Assembly: GCF_022045235.1 (NCBI RefSeq)
Contig: NW_027266272.1
Span: forward strand, 20,832,001-20,896,000
Direction: 5' to 3'
Length of the DNA: 64,000 nt
Origin: Haliotis cracherodii
Taxonomy: Eukaryota
Positions 1 through 13,260 of the stretch are shown here, one piece after another. Positions within the stretch are counted from its first letter, which is position 1. Each line of letters opens with the position of its first letter. A program made the position numbers and the translations under genes. The notes under the pieces are model-generated. The model saw only the letters and a list, made by a program, of their open reading frames with translations. It did not search any database and was not told the DNA's origin.

Positions 1-489
1 GATTTGCGTTTCTTTTGCATGTGAGTATATATATTCTGTACTATGCACCTCAATCAGCCTTGCTTGACAACGGTATAATGGTCTATAGCGAAACGTCGCC
101 TTTACAGAAATTACAGAAGTTGCTATCTATAAATTGTGTCTACTTTGTGAATAATGGAATTGATGGACATTGTTCACTGTCGTGTTTCAATAGTGTTTAT
201 GTAAAAGAGATATGAGACACATATTGACAGTTTAAAATATCTAGTAATGTTTCCCTTGTCTAGTCATTTTTGGATTCAAACAATGAACACTGAACATATT
301 GACACTTCAATTCCATGAGACAGGCAAGCCAGAACATGTCATTTTGAGCACAATCTGAGATAATGCACGCTGTTAATGTGGAACATGAGTGAGTGAGTGA
401 GTTGGGTTTAACGCCGCTTTTAACAGTATTCCAGTGTGGAACATGAACTGTTGTGGGTTGAAGATACCTATAAATACAAACCAGCGCAA

Positions 490-660
490 CAAACGTCCGT
501 CAGTTCATTATCTGGCTCGGAATGCACCATAACCGGATTGATTGAAGCTGGTATGATGGCAACACGAGTAACGGGGCATCTACAGGTTCACCGCACTAAG
601 ATAAACCGTCTTATTGTGCGCAGGATTGCCCAAGGAGCGGACGTCCACGTGTGACGTCGG
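490..660 (+). mobile_element. Tc1/mariner transposase N-terminal HTH fragment (degenerate)
   Basis: Translation GLIEAGMMATRVTGHLQVHRTKINRLIVR, then DCPRSGRPRVT in another frame; RSGRPR follows the first HTH in Tc1 transposases (compare 24257 ORF). Confidence 0.6.
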
Positions 661-859
661 TACAAGTGTTACTTGTCAACATGTCAAGAGTCAACTTTCC
701 CTTTTTGTCAAGTATTATTCCCTGAGCTGCAGCCGTTGGTGTCTGCATTTCCTAACTTTTGAGATATAAGTGAGCATGTTCTTTCTACCAAAATGTCAAA
801 GAGCGTCATACAATTTGTTGTTTGGTCAAAGTTACAGTATTCAAGGTCTCAGTAAAGCG

Positions 860-1060
860 TTCAAAAAATTATGACGGACATATTTGAGGTGATCTCCAAA
901 TTTGGCGCATCAGTGACAAAAATAAAGTGCGATGCAATTCCCTATTTCCACTTGTACCATATGTTCAGGTGAACAATTGACTTACTTTTGCGAGTGTTTG
1001 TGACGGATGTAACCTGTAGGGCAGGATACGCTTACCTTTTCGCGAACACCTGGTATCGTC
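860..1060 (+). repeat. Dispersed repeat, probable 3' region of a Penelope-like element
   Basis: Motif caaatttg.cgcatcagtgac...gcaattccctattt...gggcaggatacgct recurs near 27010, 37790, 46860, 48880 and 58440. At 46860 it follows a Penelope-like RT fragment. Confidence 0.5.
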
Positions 1061-2434
1061 ACATGCTCATGATATAGTCGGAATCGTACAGTCGCTTTTA
1101 TTTACGTCAAGATAGGGTTATCTCCCTTTCTCACCTGCGTCAACGCCTACCTACAAGCCTCAACTACTGCCAGAGTGACAGTCGGAACCCATCGCAGACC
1201 TGTGTCAGCACACGCGATGCATCAGTAGGTGCTGACATATATAGTTTGGGGTTTCTTTTGGAATTGAGTATATGTATTTACTATGTCAAAATATCCACAC
1301 ATGTTTAATGCTGGATCGCTGTATACGAATATACTCAATGGCAAAAATTACTGTGACATGGATTGTTTCCACGTACAAGCCTCTATTTGAATCTTTGGAT
1401 TTTTAACCGGGTAAATTGTTTAATATTAAAACCTTGAAGAACAGCAAACAACCAAACGTCGATGGTATTTCTGCAACAATAACGAATATTAAGACAAAAC
1501 CGATTCAAGAGTTTTCTGAAAAAAAGCCACATCCCACACCACTGTTACTCAATCAGTCTTCAGAAGGGCAGAGAAACATACAACTTTTAATTGATTTGTT
1601 CAGATTTCACCACCCTTTGACATATGGCGAGCCATAAGAACGCTTAAATCTGCTTGAATTGCAACCTGACGTGGCAGGTCAATTCAACGTCCTCAGGACC
1701 ACCACATCACTTATGGGGACGTCTTTAGCGTCAGGTTTCAATAAGTGGTGGGTATTTTAAGAAGCAGAGGTGGAGGAGAAAAGGGAGGATGCAATATGAG
1801 GGCCATGGGCTGTAAACACTAACAATACTTACAGCATGGGCTGTAAACCACGCAATAGACCTTCCCCGTACTGGCGACTCACCCTGACACCTCGGCAAGG
1901 CATATAGATTCGAACCACGCAAATTTGAAAACAGGTTGACGTGTCCTCTTCACGGATGAGTCACGTTTCCCTCTCAATGTAATTGGGTAGCCAGACCCTC
2001 AATTGTCACCTTTCGAACATGTCTGGGTTGAAAAGAAATGACGTTCGCGACATCTTCCAAATCCCCCCCTCCACCCTCCAAAAAAACCAAACAAAAACAA
2101 ACAAACAAAAAACAAAACAAAACAAAACAAACAACAACAAAACCTTTGAAGGAAATCCTGCCCTTCCCAAGTGATGGGATATCATTCATAAGGCCTTTCT
2201 TCAACGTTTAGTGGTCTCAGTGAGGTGAAGGTGAGAGTTATGCATCAATGCACATGGCGGACACAATCGCCCTTGACTTGTGTGAACATGCCTCTGAAAC
2301 TCCTTGAGTGACATGACCATTTGTAAGCGACCGGAGCGCTTTTCTTTCGAATGTTCTTGTTACGCTAAGACATTGTTTGTTCCATGTGAAATTATTTCAT
2401 CAACGTCAGTGCACTTTTTCTTCTTATGCTTTTT

Positions 2435-2636
2435 ATGCTTGTTGTAAGAGGCGACTAACGGGATCGGGTTGTCAGGCTCGCTGACTTGGTTGATGCATGT
2501 CATCTATCCCAATTACGTGGATCGATGCTCATGATATCAATCACTGGATTGTCTGGCCAAGACTCGATTATTTCCAGACCGCCGTCATATAGCTGGAATA
2601 TTGCTGAGTGCGGCGTAAAACAACAAACCAACCAAT
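2435..2636 (+). mobile_element. SINE-like repeat (family with GTAAGAGGCGACTAACGGGATC motif)
   Basis: Related copies at 2760-2950, 9640-9860 (minus), 15490-15590, 16105-16255, 28600-28770 (minus) and 31920-32120; shared tail gctggaatattgctgagtgcggcgt(t)aaacaac. Confidence 0.75.
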
Positions 2637-3680
2637 CTAACGATTCTCTTTGGAGTTTTTGTATGTAACAATACATTTTGCCCTTGAGTATATTTGAGGT
2701 CATAGATGATGATGCTGTTAATCCGGTAAACATATGGGTTACAATTCGTCTTACGCCTTGAGCAACCCCCGTTTGTCATAAGAACCGACTATGCATATCG
2801 TAAGAGGCGACCAACTGATTAGATGGTCAGAATCACGGACTTGATCGTATTGCATAGATCGATGATCATAATGTCAATCAGTGGGCTGTCTGGTCCAGAC
2901 TCGATTATCTATATAGCTGGAATATTGCTGAGTGTGACGTTAAACAACACACAAAGACATGTTACAGAGAGTCCTCTCATAATAGCAAGAAAATAACACT
3001 GTCGGACAACTGCTGAAACTGTTTGGCAACTTAATGTCTCAACCAACCTTCACACTGACCAATATTCGTATCCACTTCGTGAAATGATCATCTTACAAGA
3101 AGCAAACAAAATGAATTGTTGAGCAAGAAACAAACATGTTGTTCATTTCTCGATAGGATTGACTATGGATTTAGAATGTGATAGAAAGAAGTTTTCTAAC
3201 TGACGTTAGTGAGTGTTTTGTGTTTTACGCTTTTCACCAATATACAAGCAATATGATGGCAGGTGACACCAGAAATGGGCTTCACACAGAGTACCTCGAT
3301 TGAGAATGGAACCCGGTCTATACGTTAGAACGCTTCAAGGCCTACCCAACCACCCCTCATATAGCGTGGAGGTAATGATGCGGAATAGCTACACCAAGGA
3401 CATATATCAACTGATGTTCCTTGCAGAATGTCAAATGTTAATATTTTATCCTCAGTCACTATTTGCACACAATGCCTTCTTTGAAACAGGAACATTCTTA
3501 AATGTGCCTTTATATCGCTCTATTCATGTCTGAAAGGGCAAATAGGGCTTAAATGGGCTTAACAGAAGGAATTTCCAAACGACCACGTCATGAAAAATTA
3601 AATGTAAATGCTGATCCATATCAGCTGATTTTGCGTCTAGAGTTGAAGTTGAACGGACTGAGAGTGATGTTGCTGCATAG

Positions 3681-3844
3681 GCTGTTCTCGGTGTTCCTCT
3701 GCGCGCACTATGACCAGGTACAACGTGAAGCCATCCTCGAACTCAGTTATCCTGGTGATCAGACGAAAGAAACTGTCCTGTGCAAAAGCTTCCACATGGA
3801 CAATGGAATTTGTTCTTGTGTGTTGGGGAGCAATCGAATCCTAA
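3681..3844 (+). CDS. Probable internal exon of the B30.2/SPRY-like gene
   Basis: Open frame within ORF 3553-3894, bounded by AG at 3679-3680 and a GTAAGT donor at 3845. The donor is phase 1, matching the phase-1 acceptor at 4373. Confidence 0.4.
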
Positions 3845-4056
3845 GTAAGTGTTCCATTAAATTGGTTTCGCACATGAAAACATGTTGGGTCTAATGGAGT
3901 GTTCGATTTCGTTTAGGGTATGAGTGAGTGAAAGTGGTCGAGAATTATCATGGCGGCCATAAAATAGTAGGGGGCAGTGGGATAGCCTATCGTTGTGTAT
4001 CATTCCATTATTAACATTTAATAACTCCCAAGTCGCAGGGGGGGGGGGGGGGGGGG

Positions 4057-4220
4057 GGGGCGGTCGGGTAGCCGAGTGGTTAAAGCGTTCGCTCGTCACG
4101 CCGAAGACCCGGGTTCGATTCCCGACATGGGTACAATGTGTGAAGCCCATTTCGGTTACCCCCGCCGTGATATTGCTGGAATATTTCTAAAAGCGGCGTA
4201 AAATCAAATTCACTCACTCA
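4057..4220 (+). mobile_element. tRNA-derived SINE, full length with target-site duplication
   Basis: A box (tagccgagtggttaa), B box (gggttcgattccc), (CACT)n tail; flanked on both sides by ccaagtcgcagggg; long G run at the 5' junction. Confidence 0.85.
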
Positions 4221-4373
4221 TCCAAGTCGCAGGGGTGTTCGTTCAGGGGTGGGGGCAGGGGTGGGGGCGGGGGCGGGGGCGGGGATGGTGGGTGGGTGTT
4301 GGGGGGCGTCTTTCGTTTGATATCAGTTGCGGTCACTAATCCTTCAACATGCTTTTCTCTTTCCTAACCACAG

Positions 4374-5005
4374 GTCCCAAGTTCTCCCTGGATCCAAAAA
4401 CATGCGATGACTCTGTCCACGTTAATGCAGATGGTTGGTTAGAGAAAGGATATGCCTTTCACAGAAACCCTTCCGCCATTCCAGATCTAGGTTGGGCAGC
4501 TAGAACTCCTCCAAGTCTTTCAGGCCCCGAATCTATCTTCTTCGTCGTTCAACTCCAGCTTCACTTTCCCCTACCTCTGTACCACTTGATCGTACTTCAG
4601 GTGGTGTTGGGCTCGAATGCCAGCGTGTTCAGTTATGACAGAAACCGGCTCATCACAAATATACCAAAAACAGTTGCAGTTCAAATCAACATCGAAAGTA
4701 GAAGAGAGATGGAAGTGAGGTTTTGGAATGACGGAAGCCAGACGGGCCCGGCGAAGACCCTTTATCATGAAAATATGGATGTATGGCTCTTTGATCTAGG
4801 TGTTTTGATAGACTTCAAGAAGAAGCAGATTGTCTTTGTCAATGTAGCAGAATCAGTGGTGATGAGGTGCCTTCACGGAATAGATACACAACAGCCATTA
4901 GTGTCGTTGCTCACGATTGGCGATTCACGCGCCCGCATCCGCTCGGGAGGCGAACTTCAAATCTCCCGTCAGATAAAAGCATTACTTTCAGGGGACATAA
5001 ATTAG
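4374..5005 (+). CDS. Terminal exon encoding a divergent B30.2/PRY-SPRY-like domain
   Basis: Polypyrimidine tract plus CAG acceptor at 4371-4373; FSLDPKTC resembles the PRY start (LDPxTA); LGVLIDFKKKQIVFVN resembles the SPRY GVxLDxxxGxLxF strand; ~210 open codons. Confidence 0.55.
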
Positions 5006-6066
5006 GATGAAACCATTGCTTTGAAGAGGTTCCAGATATACCGATCGACGTGTGTGAATTTGGACTCAAATGATTACAATCAGCTAGATATATTCGCTCC
5101 ATCTTCCACGTTATCTCATGATCTTTAAAAATAACACAAGTCGACTACAGAACATATGTAAGCGTTATATGTACCAAAGGTATATCTAGATAGACCAAAC
5201 GCGTTAAAATTCAAAGCACCTTTTAATTGTACCAAACTGTAAGTGTAAAAATGTCTCGTAATCTTCCGGTTAATGTCGTAATCTTCCGGTTAATGTTGCA
5301 TACGCCATCTCACATTTTCATTTGTACCTCGCATGCTGAAAATTTCGAACAGAGAGTAATAAAACTTTTTTCTGTTCTGTTGACGTTTCTTTTTATGAGG
5401 TCTCATTTCATGATTGACACAAATGAACCGATGTTTATCTAAATTCATTGGGTAAAGAGAAGTAATTCTTTTCGTTTGCGTCGTCCCACCGTATTACTCA
5501 AGACAAGTGTGACGAGCTTTGCTAAGTTAATGGAGCTGCGGAGCTACATATATTCTGGACTTGTATGAATGAATGTCGGTAAGATATATTGGTTGTCGAC
5601 CAATCTCTCGGGGCAATTGCTATGACGTACCCTGTGTGTGAGCACCTGGTGGCTCAGGGTACATATTCCTCCCCAGATCGATGGACAACTTATTATGTAT
5701 GTGTGTGAACACCTTAGCCATGGCGCTTTCAGTGACTCGTATAAGCCACTCAACACACTGACAAGATCACTATATCTAGTGTCGCCCCGCTGTATTACGA
5801 GTTGTGTCCCTTTTTCGAGCATCAAGTTTACAATTTCAACACAATGGGGCTTCGCTGCATATGGCGCAACGGGGCTAAGGTAGTTACAGGCATAGTAGTG
5901 TTTGCCATGACTATACAGGACTGAAAGTGACGTCAAAGTCAATTTTAACAACTGATCTTGAATTGAAATCCTTAAAGAAGACCATACTGCGCGAAGACCT
6001 TTAGTAGTCAAACTAGAAACGTCATCCATGTCGCGGAGTGTACCCTTTGAATAAGGATTTATGTTG

Positions 6067-6256
6067 GAGTGAGTGAGTGAGTTTGGTTTAAAGCCGCTTT
6101 TAACAGTATTCCAGAAACCTATGATTGTGGGTTCGAATCCCGGTTCGACCCGATTATGTTTCTAGGTTTGCCAGCACCATACCCGTGCTCGTGGTAAGCG
6201 TCTGCATCACTTCGGGCTTTCCTACCACATTAAGCTGACACGCCGCGATATAACTG
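6067..6256. mobile_element. SINE copy with internal inversion (tail on minus strand, body on plus strand)
   Basis: 6067-6114 is the reverse complement of the tail of the SINE at 19296-19573; 6115-6256 matches its body in forward orientation. Confidence 0.75.
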
Positions 6257-6900
6257 CGTCTTTGAATCTCGCCCCACAGGTGCTCAATGGGATTTAAACC
6301 GGGACTGAAGGCACGTCACTGCATGGCTCTGATGCTATTCTGCTGGAGGAAGTCTCTTGTTGCTCTCGCAGTGTTGGAACGGGCGTTATCATGCTGAAAC
6401 TCATGCGGCGACGTGCCAAATGAGGTATGGCGTGTGGTTTCAAGACTTGATCAATGTACCGAGCTGCTGTGAAACCATTGCCTTTCCCTGGACCGATGTT
6501 CTGGGAGACCACAGGGCCAACCCTCTGTGCAAGACCAATTCCACCCCACACCATGATGCCCGTTACACCCCACGATTCTCTCTCAACAATACAAGCATCC
6601 GAATAACGTTCCCCACGATGTCGCCAGACTCTCTCTCTCACTCTGCCATCTGCTGTTGAGATACAGTAACGGCTCTCGTCTGAGAAGAGGACTCTTCTCC
6701 ACTGCCGGTGGTGCCAATGATGTGTTGCCCACTGAAGACGGTCCTGGAGATGACGTGGTGTCAGAATGGGTCCCCGGTGTGGCCTGTGACAGTGGAGAAG
6801 TCTGCTCGTCAATCGTCGAAGCACGATGTCCGCACTAATGTGTCCCCATGGTCTGTCGAGCAGTTTCCGCAGCAGTAACAAAGCGATCTTGAAGATACTG
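6257..6900 (-). mobile_element. Tc1-like transposase fragment (pseudogene)
   Basis: ORF 6294-6881 contains WRRVLFSDESRY, VWRHRGERY, IMVWGGI and RYIDQVLKP; it is frameshifted near the second catalytic Asp. Confidence 0.9.
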
Positions 6901-7164
6901 TCGCATGATTACTGCCTTTTGCTATCACCACACTATTTTTTGGTATTCATACTGACCACTGTCACCATATTCTATATTGCCATTGATTATTGTACGAGTA
7001 CTCCATTGTTTATTGCCATTGTGATTCTGCTCAATAATTTGTTTTGATTTGTAAACATAGGTAATTTTGGAATTAATTGTGAATTGTATACCATTTGTAG
7101 ATTGTTCTAGTCCGTACAGATTTTTGGGTTATCATGATGTACATGGGGTCACGGATTGCAACCT

Positions 7165-7490
7165 CGTCTAAGGCACCAAAATCCTATGTGATCCTAAGAA
7201 ACTTATGCTCGTGTATTTGAATCATAGATACGTTCTGATTGGAATCACAGATACGTCCTGATTGGAATCACAGATACGTCCTGATTGGAATCACAGATAC
7301 GTCCTGATTGGAATCACAGATACGTCCTGATTGTGTTTCTGGGGTTTTCAGCACCATACCCATGATCGTTGCTTTCACCAAAGGCGTAAACGTCTTAGAT
7401 CTGCATCAATTCAGGTTTTCAACATTCATCAAGCTAGCACGCCGTAAAATAACCTAAAATAGGTCAATGCGGAGTTAAACCATAGCCACT
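7165..7490 (+). mobile_element. Degenerate SINE containing a 23-bp minisatellite
   Basis: tcgtctaaggcacc head and cagcaccataccc...ctgcatca body match the 19296 SINE; about 5 copies of gatacgtcctgattggaatcaca at 7219-7333. Confidence 0.7.
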
Positions 7491-8259
7491 CCCTCGAAAG
7501 CAAGGAACTGTCACAAGGTTGCATTGTACTCAACTAAACAGCCGGGCAAAAGAAAGTATATATTTGAAAATTGAATTTCACCCCAAAATTACAAACGTTT
7601 ACAAAGCGTTACTAACTAGCCTGAAAAAAACTCGCAGAAACACTGCAAACTTAAGGCCAAAAACACTGTGTATTAAATACATCGCCATCGAATAACAATA
7701 TAATTTTGGTTTCATTTTTAGCCACCTTCAAATCATTATAAATACCCTCCTTTGCCCGCGGCAGTTTATTTCGTCTTTTGTTGAAAGTACATGTACACAA
7801 TTACTAGTACAGTAACAGTTTCAAGGCTGATAACCTCTCCCGCCAAACACAGTAAGCATGCTCAATAGGAATGTTTAGCACAGGCACTCATGCGGGGTTT
7901 TAGAATGATATTGATACCGTGTTGTGAACAGAGAGCACGATACACGAGCAATTGCTGACATTAAATCCATTACCGCATGATTGTTTAGGCAGGTTGTAGA
8001 GAATCTGCCTGTCACCATTATAAGCACAACACAAACACGACGTGGGCAATACATTCCCGGCGCGGGCAACACAAACACAACTAATGGAGTCAATGTGGGA
8101 CCGGATGAGGCAAATACATGATGTCAATTAAGGGATCACATTGCGATAAATTTCACCGTGATGGCGGACGTCTAGACGTGTTAGTCTTATGTTTGTGGAC
8201 AGAGTTTTCCTGCTATTATCTATATGAACACATATCCACACACGCACGCATGTACACAC

Positions 8260-8399
8260 NNNNNNNNNNNNNNNNNNNNNNNNNNNNNNNNNNNNNNNNN
8301 NNNNNNNNNNNNNNNNNNNNNNNNNNNNNNNNNNNNNNNNNNNNNNNNNNNNNNNNNNNNNNNNNNNNNNNNNNNNNNNNNNNNNNNNNNNNNNNNNNN
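8260..8399. other. Assembly gap (140 N) following a CA repeat
   Basis: Run of N in the sequence. Confidence 1.
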
Positions 8400-8490
8400 T
8401 TTACTAGGGCCATCGCTACAAATGTTGAATTTTGTTGGAGAAATTTAAAATTCGAATCAATCTTCATGCTGTATTTCTTGTAATACAAAC

Positions 8491-8595
8491 GGGGCGGTCG
8501 GGTAGCCTGTTGATTAAAGCGTTCGCCCGTCACGCCGAAGACCCAGGTTCGATTCCTGACATAGGTACAATGTGTGAAGCCCATGTCTGGTGTCC
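8491..8595 (+). mobile_element. tRNA-derived SINE, 3'-truncated
   Basis: Matches the 5' part of the 4057 SINE. Confidence 0.8.
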
Positions 8596-8689
8596 ATACT
8601 TACTCCCTGTGATACAAACAAGCGCAAAACTTGAACCTGAATTTACATCTTTACAGCTGAACATACTGCACAGTATTTGTTTGAATTTT

Positions 8690-8830
8690 GAAGACCTACA
8701 ATGTTAAACTGAAAACGTGGTCTGTGGCATTGAAGGTTCCCCTTGTGGGTTGATTTATGTTAAAAACCTCGAGACACAGTCGAAATTATCAAAGAGATTC
8801 AGCCAGTATATTTCGGGCATCAACAGAATA
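8690..8830 (+). mobile_element. Degenerate GIY-YIG endonuclease fragment (Penelope-like)
   Basis: Reads LQC*TENVVCGIEGSPCGLIYV...LSKRFSQYISGI, fitting the C..NVVY.I.C..C...YVG...L..R...H pattern. Confidence 0.45.
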
Positions 8831-10699
8831 CATGCATTTCCAAATGTGCCTACCAACATATTAATTCTGGAAAGTGAGGATAGTGGATGAAATATACCAT
8901 CCATCTACTATGTATATACGTTTATTTCAGTAACAATGGTACATATGTAAAGACGACAGAAGAGTTTACAATAATGCAATTTCTTAATGACATAGCATAA
9001 GATATAAACAATGAAAGGCTACTCGTTACTTTCTTGTTCTTGTTTGACACTAATGTTAAAATATCTCAATTTGGATTGACATATGTGTTTTAGTGCGTAC
9101 TCCACTTCCAGCCAACAAGACTATATCCTGAGGCCTGAGGGCCTTTTACCCCCACGCACCCATAGTAATTGAATTTATAAAACTTTGAATGTGTATTAAA
9201 TACGTATGACATATGGCGCCCCTCTATCTCCGACTTCGGTGACATTGATTGCTGAGGCAATTACGCCATAATGCCTGGTTTTGAAACTTTAATTTATTCG
9301 GTTGCTTTGCTACACATAGTAAATGGCGATCTGAATACAGGGACATAATTTGCATACTCTTATACATTGCTTCTGACCGACAGCCTGCTCAAAACATCAG
9401 ATTCACTTAAATATTTCCTTGATGTTAGAGAGTCACGTTTGATTTTAACATGTGGAATGACGCACCTACTATGATTTTCACTGTGAATGGCATAGCTGAA
9501 TTGAGGTCTCTTTGAATACCAAATGTTAATGCAAATAATTCCTTGTCCGCATTTGAAACTTCCGGTCTACCCCGAGATGAAAGAAAAATTGTAACATTCA
9601 CAAAGGTTCTACCGAAAGATCCTGAATTGAAGTTTGGCTGGTTGTTTGTTTGCCGCACTCAGCAAATTCCAGCTATATGACGGCGATCTGTAAATACTCG
9701 AGTCCGGAACAGACCATCCAGTGTTTGACATCATGAGCATCGATCCACGCGATTGGGATACGATGACATGCATCAACCAAGTCAGTGAGCCTGCCAACCC
9801 GATCCCGTTAGTGGCCTCTCACGACAAGCATAGTCGCCTTTTACGGCGAGCATGGGTTGCTACGCTTGCATTCTTCAAAATGTTTTAAGTTCAGGCATCA
9901 AATTGGAGTATTTTGCGATCTCTAATCATTTCCTGTGAACTGGCAGAAAGTAAAAAAACCTGAGAAGCTAAGATGGCAAATAATCTTAATGCATTCCAAA
10001 GGGTTGTCCTTAAAAGTACTCAGTGACAACTGAGCTACTATCACACTGTAATCAGCCGATTTGGATTAGTACAACGACAGTCATTTACCGTGAATCAGCA
10101 ATGACTACCCAACTGATGTTTGTTCACCAGAACCTTAAGGAACCGCATGACAGCAGCAGGAATGGCGCCCAGGAGAGTCATCAAACGCCCCCTACCGGCA
10201 GAACATTCATCAGAGGGTCCAACTGCCATGGTATTTAACACGACGAGCTTGGCGGAAAATCTATCGCTGAGACGACTGAGGGTTTAGAGGCTCAGGAAAA
10301 TGTCCTGGAAACAGTTGTTGCCTAGCATGTCGACAATCAACCCACGTGACTTCAGTTCAGGGATGATGAGGCCAGACACCATCGTTCCCGGTCGGTGACA
10401 GCCAACCTCCAGAACAACACTGTGACGACTCTGTCTTGTCCCGCCATGAGTCCGGATCTGCTGAGGCACACGAAGGACATTCTTGGGCGGGGTATACAGG
10501 CAATAGAGCCTCCTGTACAGATTCAGGTATTTAATTGAAAGCCTTTGAGATAAAATTTATTATTAATTGCAATTGGAAGCAACTTAAAGGGAGATAACTC
10601 CAAAACGTTTGGATAGGTTATTCAGGTCATCGGCAGGAGTTATCCTTTCCTGTCTAACGTATAAAGCGAGCTACACGTGGGTAACATTCACAGTCCATA

Positions 10700-11758
10700 T
10701 TGCCGCGTAACAGGAGCAGCATGACGAATAAAAAGAAGAGTGGAGGGTCTGTGAGGACAAGGGGGGCAGGACGAAAACAGGCGAGGCTTGACAGTGACCA
10801 AGGACCGCAGACAACTGAGCAGGCCGCCGCCGCAGACATCCAGTGCCAGCCGTCCGCTCCCGTAAAAGATGGCGCCATTTTGGGTGAGGTTATTCTTAAC
10901 ATAATTTCAATTACTCCTCCTGAAACCCTAGATATGTCTCACCCTCATTTAGGCCCATCTGACAACTCTCAGAACGTTCCTATATCTTTCGAAAGCATGG
11001 TAGGTACCAGTCGTTCTTCGTTCCCGGGCTCGTCAAACGACATGTCCAATGGAGCACATGTATGTTACGCTGACCCGTCCATGGCGACATCCACACAGCA
11101 CACTGTCGCCGATATCAGCCAAATGTGTATTCTACAAACTGGGGATGATTTGGAGGATATTGCACCACAGCATATTAAAGAAACGAATTGGAATCATGAG
11201 TATGTGGATTCAGCCATAATGCTCAAAACAACTAAGGGGTCATCATATTCTGATGAAGGTTTAGTAGGTGTAATTGGCCTAGATAACAGAGGCAATCTAG
11301 AGATAGTAAACCGCGAGCAGTCCAAGATTAATAATGTCGAAGAGTGGACATCAGCTTTCTTGGATTTTACCAGCATTTATATTGAGAAATGTCCTGCTAG
11401 AGCTCAACAGTTGTTGAAGTACATGGATATCATTTGTACGGCGTATGACAGGCTAAAGGGGGATGGCTGGAAACACTACGATCAGCAATTTAGACTGCGT
11501 CTTTCGCGTTACCAACTGACGCCTTGGTCCGAAATTAACCAGGAATTATGGTTGTCATTCATGACCCTACAATCGTACAACCCAGGCATGCCAGATGAGC
11601 GGCATTCAGCTTACAAACATTTGGCACACCTCAAACCGGTACATGCTTTGACTTCAACCGTACACAGTGCACACGTCGATTTTGCAAGTATTGTCATATC
11701 TGTACACTTTGCAGCAAGATTCATCCAGCTAAGTCACAATTGTAACAGCAAGCAATAA
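10700..11758 (+). pseudogene. Gag-like ORF1 of the Ngaro/DIRS element
   Basis: WTSAF..FTSIY...P....LLKYMDII...GWKHYDQQFR...W....ELW pattern typical of DIRS/Ngaro ORF1. Confidence 0.75.
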
Positions 11759-11819
11759 ACAAATCCCCAAACTAACTGAACCAGTAACTATCCAAGATAA
11801 AGGGACTTCTCCAATAAAT

Positions 11820-13260
11820 TTGCAAGTGTTAAAGTCCTATCTAGCGGAATATCCTAGGTATAAGGAGGCATCCTACCCGTGGCAAGGTTTTAATGCTCGA
11901 TTTAGCTTAGGTAATACTGGCGTTTGTCCTGTAAGAAACCTAAAATCTGCTTACCAATATCCACAACTTGTTCAACAGAAAGTAGACAAAGAGATAAGTT
12001 TAGGCAGGATGGCAGGACCCTACGTTAAAGCCCCAATGCAAGAATTTAGAATATCCCCTATAGGACTGGTTCCCAAACAAAACCCAGGCGAGTTCAGACT
12101 TATTCACCACTTATCATATCCAGAATGTTCATCTATAAATGACAATATTGATGACAATGTTGCCTCTGTCACATACACCCGCTTTGATCATGCGATCGCC
12201 TTGGTACATGATTTAGGCAAAAGAGCACTTTTGGCCAAGGCAGATATAAAAAGTAGATTTAGGCTTTGCCCAATAAGGAAAGAAGATTTTAATTTTCTTG
12301 GTTTTCAATTTCAAGGTAGTGATTACTTTGATATGTGCCTTCCAATGGGCTGTAAAATCAGTTGTTCTGTATTTGAAAAGTTTTCAACATTTTTGCAAAA
12401 GGCCACACAACGCACTCACCCAAAAGCAGAGGTTTTGCATTACCTATAGCTAGATGATTTTCTCTTTGGGGGATCAGCCAATACAATACAGTGTCAACGA
12501 AGTTTGGATATATTTCTGGATTTTTGCCATAGTCTTGGAGAACCAATAGCAGCGGAAAAGACGGTACTACCATGCCCTGGCCTTACATTTCTGGGCATAG
12601 AAATAGACACAGAGGCAATGGAAGCAAGAATCCCTGCTGAGAAAATCATACAATGTCAGCAAGCAATATCATATTAACTTAGGCAAAACAAAGTCCTACT
12701 TAAACAAATACAATCACTACAGGGTTTACTGAATTTTATCTACAGGGCTATACCAATAGACCGTCCTTTCTCTCGCTGGCTAATTGATGCTACTCGGCAT
12801 GCAAAAACACCCAATCATCATATTCGCTTGACGCAAGGAGTCAAAAAGGATTTACAAGTGTGGCAGGAATTCCTGCATCAGCACAATGGAGTCCCATTGT
12901 TTCTGGATAAAGAATGACAATCAAATACAGAGCTTCACCTTTATACGGATAGCAATGGAGGTGAGGGGAGAGGTTTCGGCCTATATTTGGGGTATCAGTG
13001 GTCCTATGGTGCTTGGCCATCCGAGTGGAGAAAAGCTGGTTTTACAGAGGAAATAACCTTTTTAGAGTTCTGGTGGCAATTCTGGTGGCAGTACAGCTGT
13101 GGGCAGCTTATGTTTCATTCAGACAACCAATCAATTGTGACGATTCTGAACAAATTGACATCTAAGTCTGCACGTGTCATGGTTCTTTGTTAGGTCTTTT
13201 GTGCTATATCCCAGGTAGTAAGAATGTCATCGAAGATGCTATCTCTCGTTTTCAGTTTCA
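11820..13260 (+). pseudogene. Reverse transcriptase / RNase H of the Ngaro/DIRS element
   Basis: SPIGLVPK, FRLIHHLSYP, AKADIKSRFR, LPMGCKISC; catalytic motif interrupted as YL*LDDF; RNase H motifs LYTDS, HSDNQSIV, DAISR; several stops. Confidence 0.9.

Noticed and set aside
4057-4135. tRNA-Asp-like gene (GTC at the anticodon position)
   Set aside because: It continues into a SINE body and (CACT)n tail with a TSD and has many diverged copies; it is a SINE head.
5544-6029. 161-aa minus-strand ORF
   Set aside because: No recognisable motif or splice support; it lies between repeats.
10050-10520. GC-richer segment upstream of the Ngaro gag
   Set aside because: No convincing ORF and no match to the element's 3' repeats by eye; left unassigned.
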